From a virus: 39,460 bases of DNA. Below are positions 33,606 to 39,460 of the stretch, one piece after another (within the stretch, counting starts at the first letter, position 1; every line of letters starts with the position of its first letter). The position numbers and the translations under genes were made by a program. The DNA lies in IMG/VR virus record IMGVR_UViG_3300009694_000006, positions 1 to 39,460 of that record, one strand, 5' to 3'. The notes under the pieces were generated by a model. It was given only the letters and a program-made list of their open reading frames with translations, did no database searches and was not told the DNA's origin.

Positions 33606-34328
33606 ATGATATTTAATCACCTAACAAGTAAACAGACATTATACGCAGATGCTTTATACTGGAGTGGAGCTAATTCTGCTACCTATTTAATTGATGATTT
33701 TACACGAAATGCGAACTTTGCATATGATAGAGTTGTTAGTTTAATTCAAAAAAATGATACTCGATGGAAATGGAGTGATAGTAATAACTCTACACAAGAT
33801 ATTGCAACAACAGATATCGTTGCTAATCAAGATAATTATACGATGGAAGTTGAGCATTTAAAAATTTTAAGAGTTAGAATGAAAAAATCAGATGGTTCTT
33901 TCATTACTCTTATTCCTATTGATAGACGACAAGCTGATGATGATCTACTTAATACTTATGGAGATCCAAAGTATTATGATAAACAAGGAATGTCTCTTAA
34001 ACCATTACCTATTCCTAATTACAGTTCTACTGCAGGATTAGAAGTGGAATTTCAAGGAGGACCTAATTACTTTCTAGTAACAGATACAACTAAAGAACCT
34101 GGATTTAATTCTCTATTTCATCGTCTTATTTCATTATATGCTTCTTATGATTGGTTACTTGAAAATGCTACAGCTAAAAATCCGATGTTGCATAAGATAT
34201 TAAGAGTTGAAAAACGTATTGCTGAAATGGAAGCTGATTTAGAAGATCATTATGTTAATAGAGATGTTGATGACGCTCCAACACTTAGACCTAAACGAGT
34301 TAATAGAAATAATGGATTATCACTATAA
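33606..34328 (+). CDS. Structural protein (240 aa), possibly an adaptor or tail tubular A-like protein by synteny.
   Basis: Position directly before the 1063-aa tail protein, analogous to T7 gp11/gp12 order. Confidence 0.3.
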   Translation: MIFNHLTSKQTLYADALYWSGANSATYLIDDFTRNANFAYDRVVSLIQKNDTRWKWSDSNNSTQDIATTDIVANQDNYTMEVEHLKILRVRMKKSDGSFITLIPIDRRQADDDLLNTYGDPKYYDKQGMSLKPLPIPNYSSTAGLEVEFQGGPNYFLVTDTTKEPGFNSLFHRLISLYASYDWLLENATAKNPMLHKILRVEKRIAEMEADLEDHYVNRDVDDAPTLRPKRVNRNNGLSL

Positions 34329-34331
34329 ATT

Positions 34332-37300
34332 ATGAACACACCACTTTTTCCAAATGGAATAACAGGATTATCAGATACAAAGTTTTCTGGTTCAAGAGGA
34401 AACGCTTATAGGTTAGTAGGCGTGGATTTTCGTAGTGAACCTGGAGTTATCAAAGCTCATCAAAAACTAAAGAAAATCTCAGGTTCAACTGTTACAGAAT
34501 TATGTAAAGATTCTATCGATGTATCAGATGGTTCAAAACTATGGTTTTCATCAGAAAGTGGTAAAATATGGAGACAAGTTGGAGATGCTTTTACTTTAAT
34601 TCATACAGTTAATCCAGTTACTGATTATAAAGAACCTAATTCAATTGTAAGTGGAGTTTTCGATGATCCAGATAATGAAACAGGGATCACAATGTCTATT
34701 GCTGAAAATGATGCTGTTTATGGAACTTTTGATTCAATAGATAGTGCGATTGATGTAACTCAGGGAATAGAAAATTCATTAATTAATCTTGATGATACTT
34801 ATTATATTCTTGCTTATGCTGGCGCTGGTGGTGATGGATATCTTCAATCTTTTACATTAAATTCTACTACAGGAGCATATACTCCCGTAGAAAATTTCGA
34901 ACATGATACTGATAATGGAAGAGATAATTCTCTTTGTAGAATAGATAATACTCATTTTATATTAGCTTATAATGGAGGAGCATCTCAAAATGGAATAATA
35001 AAAACATTTAGTGGAACAACAGTATTTACTCAAATTGGAAATTTAACACATGATTCAACAACAACAGGACCTGGATATAATTCTCTTATTCAACTTGATG
35101 CTACTCACTATGCTCTTGCTTATTCAGGAGGAGTAGCTCGTCATGGTTATATTAAAATATTTACAGTAGATGGATCTTATGGAGTTACACAAACAAGTCA
35201 ATTGATTCATGATAGTTCAGGAGCTACATATGGACATAAACTTATTAAAATAGATTCTACCCATTTGATGTTAGCTTATACAGATAATACAACTGCTCAA
35301 AAGATTAAAACATTTTCTATTGATGGTTCATATAATGTGACCGAAATTTATTCTTTATCTCATTTAACTACTGGAAATATTGATCAGGGATTAACTCAGA
35401 TTGATGCTACTCATTATGCTTGGATTGGATTAACATCAGCTAGAAATCTTATAAAGGTATTTACTATTGATGGATCATATAATATAACTGAAACATTTAG
35501 TTTAGATGTTGGAAGTAGTAGTTATTCTTATAATTTAATACGAACAGATGATACCCATCTTCTTCTAGTTCTTGGTTCAAGTCTTGCAGGAACCATTAAA
35601 AGCTTTGAGATTAATTCATCTTTTGAATTAAGAGAATTAAGTTCTTATGATTATAGTTCATTAAATAATTTTGAAGTTTCTGTTATAAGAGCAGGAAGAA
35701 GAATTCTTGTTGTATTTGCAGTAAATGGTTTAAATTATCTTTCTACGATTACAATGACAGAGACATACGCTAACGGAATTGTTCTTAATCCATCTGGAAC
35801 TGATAAAATTAAACTAATTGCAAGTACTTCTATCTCTCAAAAAACAATGAGTAGCAATTATCTTAAAAAAACTATTAAAATTCCATCAGGATATAGTAAT
35901 TTAGAAGTTGTTGTAATTGCAGGTAGAGCAGTAGGAGAAACATATCCACCACTTGGAGCAACAGTTGCAGGAAATGCTATGACTCAAATTGTAAATAGAA
36001 CTTCCGCTTATGGTTTTAAATGTAGTTCTGCTTATTATAGCTATGTTAATCCTACAGTTGGAGATAGTGAGATTTCTGTCGATTTTGGAGGAACACTTTC
36101 TTATACTTATGCTATTATTTTAGTATTTAAAAATGTTCATCAAACAACTCCATATTCAACAACTATATTTGATTATGGTTGGAAAGATTACTTAAAGTTG
36201 CCAGGAGATACTAATAATCAATTAAGAATTGGAGCATTTCTAAGTAAAGTAAATCCTCATTACCAAGGTGAATTACAAGATACTTTGGCGATAAATGAGA
36301 TTGCTGAAGAAACAAATAGATATACTCTTTCAGTATCATGTAGAGATTATAATATTGGAACCGCTAAAATCTTAAGTGCTGAAGAATTTTCATATACTCA
36401 ACAAGAAGTAGTTGGAACAGAAACTATAGAATATAAACCGGAAGAACAAATTTCAAAGATTTATTATACTAATGAAAGTGTGTTATTTGCTGTTCCTATT
36501 GATAAGATTACAGATTGGGCGAATAATGTTGAAACGATAGGAGTATTTCATAACGGAGATGATACTTATCATTCAATGGTAAAACAAAATCTTGAACTAT
36601 TTATTGGAGATAAAATTGTATTAGCAAAAGTTAATACTAATGGAACTTTCATTCAAGAGACATCTCTTAACATCGCTAGTCCTGAACGTATTCAAGTCCT
36701 TTCAACATTTGATACAGATATACTTATTGGAACAAAAGACACTAATAGAGCTCGAGTATTACGTTGGGATACATTTTCGGATTCTTGGCTTGCTGATGAT
36801 GATGTTATGGAAACCGGTATTAATGCTTTTATAAAGGACGATAACTATACTTACGTTTCAGCTGGTGATTATGGTAGAATATATTTTTACAATGGTGAGA
36901 AACTTAATATTCAAAAGAGAATACCTGGAACTTGGGACTCTACTCATAAAGCAACTATCAAAGAAAATGCAGTTGGTTATTATATGGGAAATCCAGTATT
37001 CGGATTATCAAATGTATTAAATAATCCAGCATTAGAAGGAGTTTATGGTTTTGGAAATTATGACGAAAAATATGTTAAAGCTATGTCTCTTGATTATCCG
37101 TTACCCACAAATGAATTCACAGGTGTGGATATTGGATGTCTAATGGTTAATGGAGCTGATATGTATGTTGCTTATAAGACAGTAACAGATGTAGGAATTG
37201 CTAAAATAGATTCAGCAAATAAATATGCTACTGCTTATATTGAATCAATGATGCTTACTTCACTTCAAGATAGAAATGAAGATTCTATGGTAGAAGGAGT

Positions 37301-37523
37301 TTGTGTAGATTATATTACATTACCAGCAGGAACCAGTATTGCAATTTCAGCTAAAACCAAATACGATACTTCATATGTATCACAAGCAGTTGTAACAGAT
37401 ACAGATAAAATGACAGTTAAAACTAAAGCTAATCTTCCTAAAGTTGTTAATTTACAAGTTAAAATAGATCTCATTTCTACAGGAAATTATAGTCCTGAGA
37501 TAGAGAATATTGGAATATTATAA
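34332..37523 (+). CDS. Large tail protein (1063 aa) with an internal beta-propeller-like repeat array.
   Basis: Six to seven repeats of about 50 aa with the motif (I/L)D.TH..LAY...G.IK.F. Confidence 0.55.
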   Translation: MNTPLFPNGITGLSDTKFSGSRGNAYRLVGVDFRSEPGVIKAHQKLKKISGSTVTELCKDSIDVSDGSKLWFSSESGKIWRQVGDAFTLIHTVNPVTDYKEPNSIVSGVFDDPDNETGITMSIAENDAVYGTFDSIDSAIDVTQGIENSLINLDDTYYILAYAGAGGDGYLQSFTLNSTTGAYTPVENFEHDTDNGRDNSLCRIDNTHFILAYNGGASQNGIIKTFSGTTVFTQIGNLTHDSTTTGPGYNSLIQLDATHYALAYSGGVARHGYIKIFTVDGSYGVTQTSQLIHDSSGATYGHKLIKIDSTHLMLAYTDNTTAQKIKTFSIDGSYNVTEIYSLSHLTTGNIDQGLTQIDATHYAWIGLTSARNLIKVFTIDGSYNITETFSLDVGSSSYSYNLIRTDDTHLLLVLGSSLAGTIKSFEINSSFELRELSSYDYSSLNNFEVSVIRAGRRILVVFAVNGLNYLSTITMTETYANGIVLNPSGTDKIKLIASTSISQKTMSSNYLKKTIKIPSGYSNLEVVVIAGRAVGETYPPLGATVAGNAMTQIVNRTSAYGFKCSSAYYSYVNPTVGDSEISVDFGGTLSYTYAIILVFKNVHQTTPYSTTIFDYGWKDYLKLPGDTNNQLRIGAFLSKVNPHYQGELQDTLAINEIAEETNRYTLSVSCRDYNIGTAKILSAEEFSYTQQEVVGTETIEYKPEEQISKIYYTNESVLFAVPIDKITDWANNVETIGVFHNGDDTYHSMVKQNLELFIGDKIVLAKVNTNGTFIQETSLNIASPERIQVLSTFDTDILIGTKDTNRARVLRWDTFSDSWLADDDVMETGINAFIKDDNYTYVSAGDYGRIYFYNGEKLNIQKRIPGTWDSTHKATIKENAVGYYMGNPVFGLSNVLNNPALEGVYGFGNYDEKYVKAMSLDYPLPTNEFTGVDIGCLMVNGADMYVAYKTVTDVGIAKIDSANKYATAYIESMMLTSLQDRNEDSMVEGVCVDYITLPAGTSIAISAKTKYDTSYVSQAVVTDTDKMTVKTKANLPKVVNLQVKIDLISTGNYSPEIENIGIL

Positions 37524-38161
37524 TGCAAGATCCAACAATTCAAAACAATATTAATAATACAGATACAGAATTGAAACACAGAAGAAAGGGTGGAGCATTT
37601 GATATGTTTGCTCGTATTCTTAGAGGTGTAAATAAGATCATTTTTAACACTGGAACAGTTATGAACGATAGACCAGGACTTAAACAACCAGGAGGATCAA
37701 CTAGTGGATTTACAGATTCTCAAAGTGTTTTCGAACTTTATCAAGAAATTGTTCCTAAAAAGAATAACTTTAATTTTATTGTTATTGGCAAAAAGGCAAA
37801 TCAAGAAAAAACAAATACAAACTATATTGAAATCTCAGCTAACTCAAGATCAGATGAAGCAAATATTGCGAATGGACAAGTTATGTTATCTTTAGCTAGA
37901 GATGGAGTTCTTTATGATGCAGGAATAAGTATTTTAGAAGCTTCTAACTATCCAGATTTATTTCCTGGGTCTGGTGCTCGTATACAACTAGTAGGAGAAG
38001 GAATTGGAGGAGGTATTTCAATAGCTTATCCTAAAGATGATGGAACCTATTACATGGTAGTTGTAGATAATGATGGAATACAAATGTATGGATTACCTAC
38101 TGTAAAACCAACAGGATCAAATCAATTATGGAAAAGTGGCGAATATGTTAAAATAACCTAG
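37523..38161 (+). CDS. Virion protein (212 aa), in a T7 gp14-like position.
   Basis: ATGA-type overlap with the upstream gene. Synteny only. Confidence 0.35.
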   Translation: MQDPTIQNNINNTDTELKHRRKGGAFDMFARILRGVNKIIFNTGTVMNDRPGLKQPGGSTSGFTDSQSVFELYQEIVPKKNNFNFIVIGKKANQEKTNTNYIEISANSRSDEANIANGQVMLSLARDGVLYDAGISILEASNYPDLFPGSGARIQLVGEGIGGGISIAYPKDDGTYYMVVVDNDGIQMYGLPTVKPTGSNQLWKSGEYVKIT

Positions 38162-38198
38162 GAAATTATTAAGAAGTATTATATAATATATAAGATAT

Positions 38199-39460
38199 AT
38201 GACACAAACTTACAATAGAAATACAACAACCGCCGAATTTGGAAATAGAAATCAAGCTGTTGCGGATTTACAAAAATATCTAAATACAAAAGGAGCAAAT
38301 CTTAAAGTCGATAGTATGTATGGACCTTTGACTCAAGAAGCTGTTAAAAAATATGGAACTCCTCCTGCTACAACAACTAATGTTTCCAAACTTGAAAGCC
38401 CTGTTCCTGCTACAAATTTAAGACCTACAACAAATGTTAATTTGCCTACTGTTGAAGCTCCTGATGTTTATAAAAATTACACAACTTCTCTTGCGTCAAA
38501 TGTTGATACTTTAAGAAAGAACTTAGAAACTACTTATAAAACTCAATCTGAAGATCTTGCATCAAAGAGAGAAAAGTTAATGAAAGAGCAGAAACAAATT
38601 ACGAAAGAAATGAATCCTGAAGAACGAGCAACTTATGAACAAGAAAATAGAATTAAACAACAAGAATTGAATGCCGCAGAAGTCGCTTCAGGAACATTGC
38701 AATCAGATTTTATGAAACGACGCAAGTTATCAAGCGAATTAGAAAATCTTCTAAATCAAAGTAATTCTTTAATTGCTGAAGAAAAAGGAATGCCTTTAGC
38801 TCAAAGAGTAGTTACAGCTCGAACGGCTAATACATTAAGTGATATTGCTTCTAGAACCGGTGTTATTGAAGCAACCTTTTCAGCACTTGATGGAAATATA
38901 ACTCAATCTTATAACTTAATTGATAAAGCAAAAGAGACTGTATCTGCAGATTGGCAAGATAAGTTAACTTATTATGATACGTTGCTTGATTTGAATAAAC
39001 AAGGATTACTTGATATTGATACTGAAAGTAAGGATATAGCTCAAAAACAAGTAGGATTACTTGAATCAGATCTTAAGAAAGTAACTGAAACATCTGATTA
39101 TATTAAAGAATTAATGATTGATCCTGAATCTGCTCAATTCTTAGCTGATTCGGGTGTAAAACTTACAGATAGTATTGAACAAATAAATACTAAACTTGCA
39201 ACTCAATCTAAAGCTCAACAAATAATTGACACTAAAAACGAAATGATAAAAGATGGATATACTTATATTCCATTTCCTAGTTCAACAGCTGGTTTAGTTT
39301 CTATTACAGCTGGAGATAAAACTTTATGGTTTAAACCTGAAGTCAAAGCAGTAACAACTATAGCTACAAAAACAAAAGGAGGAGCATCTGTTAATATCTT
39401 AACTCCAACCAATAAAACAGCATTACTTGGAGCTGGTTTAACTTTAGACGAAATCAATCA
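38199..39460 (+). CDS. N-terminal part of the wrap-around virion protein: peptidoglycan-binding domain, Pro/Thr linker and long coiled coil. Continues at 124-448.
   Basis: Not in the supplied track because there is no stop before the window end. I translated it without stops from ATG 38199. Contains FGNRNQAVADLQKYLNTKGANLKVDSMYGPLTQEAVKKYG, matching the PG_binding_1 pattern. Confidence 0.75.
   Translation, partial: MTQTYNRNTTTAEFGNRNQAVADLQKYLNTKGANLKVDSMYGPLTQEAVKKYGTPPATTTNVSKLESPVPATNLRPTTNVNLPTVEAPDVYKNYTTSLASNVDTLRKNLETTYKTQSEDLASKREKLMKEQKQITKEMNPEERATYEQENRIKQQELNAAEVASGTLQSDFMKRRKLSSELENLLNQSNSLIAEEKGMPLAQRVVTARTANTLSDIASRTGVIEATFSALDGNITQSYNLIDKAKETVSADWQDKLTYYDTLLDLNKQGLLDIDTESKDIAQKQVGLLESDLKKVTETSDYIKELMIDPESAQFLADSGVKLTDSIEQINTKLATQSKAQQIIDTKNEMIKDGYTYIPFPSSTAGLVSITAGDKTLWFKPEVKAVTTIATKTKGGASVNILTPTNKTALLGAGLTLDEIN
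39338..39460. repeat. Terminal direct repeat, right copy of 1-123.
   Basis: Identical 123 nt. Confidence 0.95.

Noticed and set aside
15426-39457. Remaining minus-strand track ORFs: 15426-15638, 22752-22958, 23617-23802, 25446-25679, 25988-26173, 26124-26306, 26891-27073, 28644-28910, 29827-30024, 31447-31644, 31917-32126, 37487-37687 and 39263-39457.
   Set aside because: Each is nested antisense within a longer + strand gene that has recognisable motifs or operon context. The operon is otherwise strictly unidirectional and none of these ORFs has independent signals.

Overview
The window is a complete, AT-rich (about one third GC by eye) dsDNA phage genome. The first 123 nt are identical to the last 123 nt, so the unique length is 39,337 bp. 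One gene (38199..39460, continuing at 124..448) runs across the junction. Coding density is very high and all genes but one are on the + strand. Gene content looks podovirus-like, with no sheath, tube or classical tape-measure set.

Modules in order:
- 451-6135: a giant polyvalent virion or ejection protein, then a papain-fold endolysin and a holin.
- 6.2-13.0 kb: early replication and recombination genes. These include an HNH homing endonuclease, a YqaJ exonuclease, an SSB-like protein, a replisome-organizer-like protein, an HTH protein and a VRR-NUC nuclease.
- 13054-13719: a 666-nt ORF-free, highly structured region.
- 13.7-16.4 kb: a 7-deazaguanine DNA-modification salvage module (degenerate Gpt-like protein, YhhQ transporter, DpdA-like transglycosylase, ParB-like protein).
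- 16.4-19.9 kb: small early genes with several structured RNA elements, including a GC-rich element of about 130 nt at 19431-19560.
- 19959-20189: a lone minus-strand HNH gene.
- 20.3-38.2 kb: late genes for portal, TerS, TerL, scaffold, capsid, fibre, tail and internal proteins.

No tRNA, rRNA, CRISPR array, integrase or polymerase was recognised. Start codons lack Shine-Dalgarno sequences throughout, while sigma70-type -35/-10 promoters fall into two conserved families.

The best candidates for something new are the salvage-only deazaguanine module with its long structured leader, and the GC-rich RNA. All functional calls come from motif recognition by eye, with no database search.
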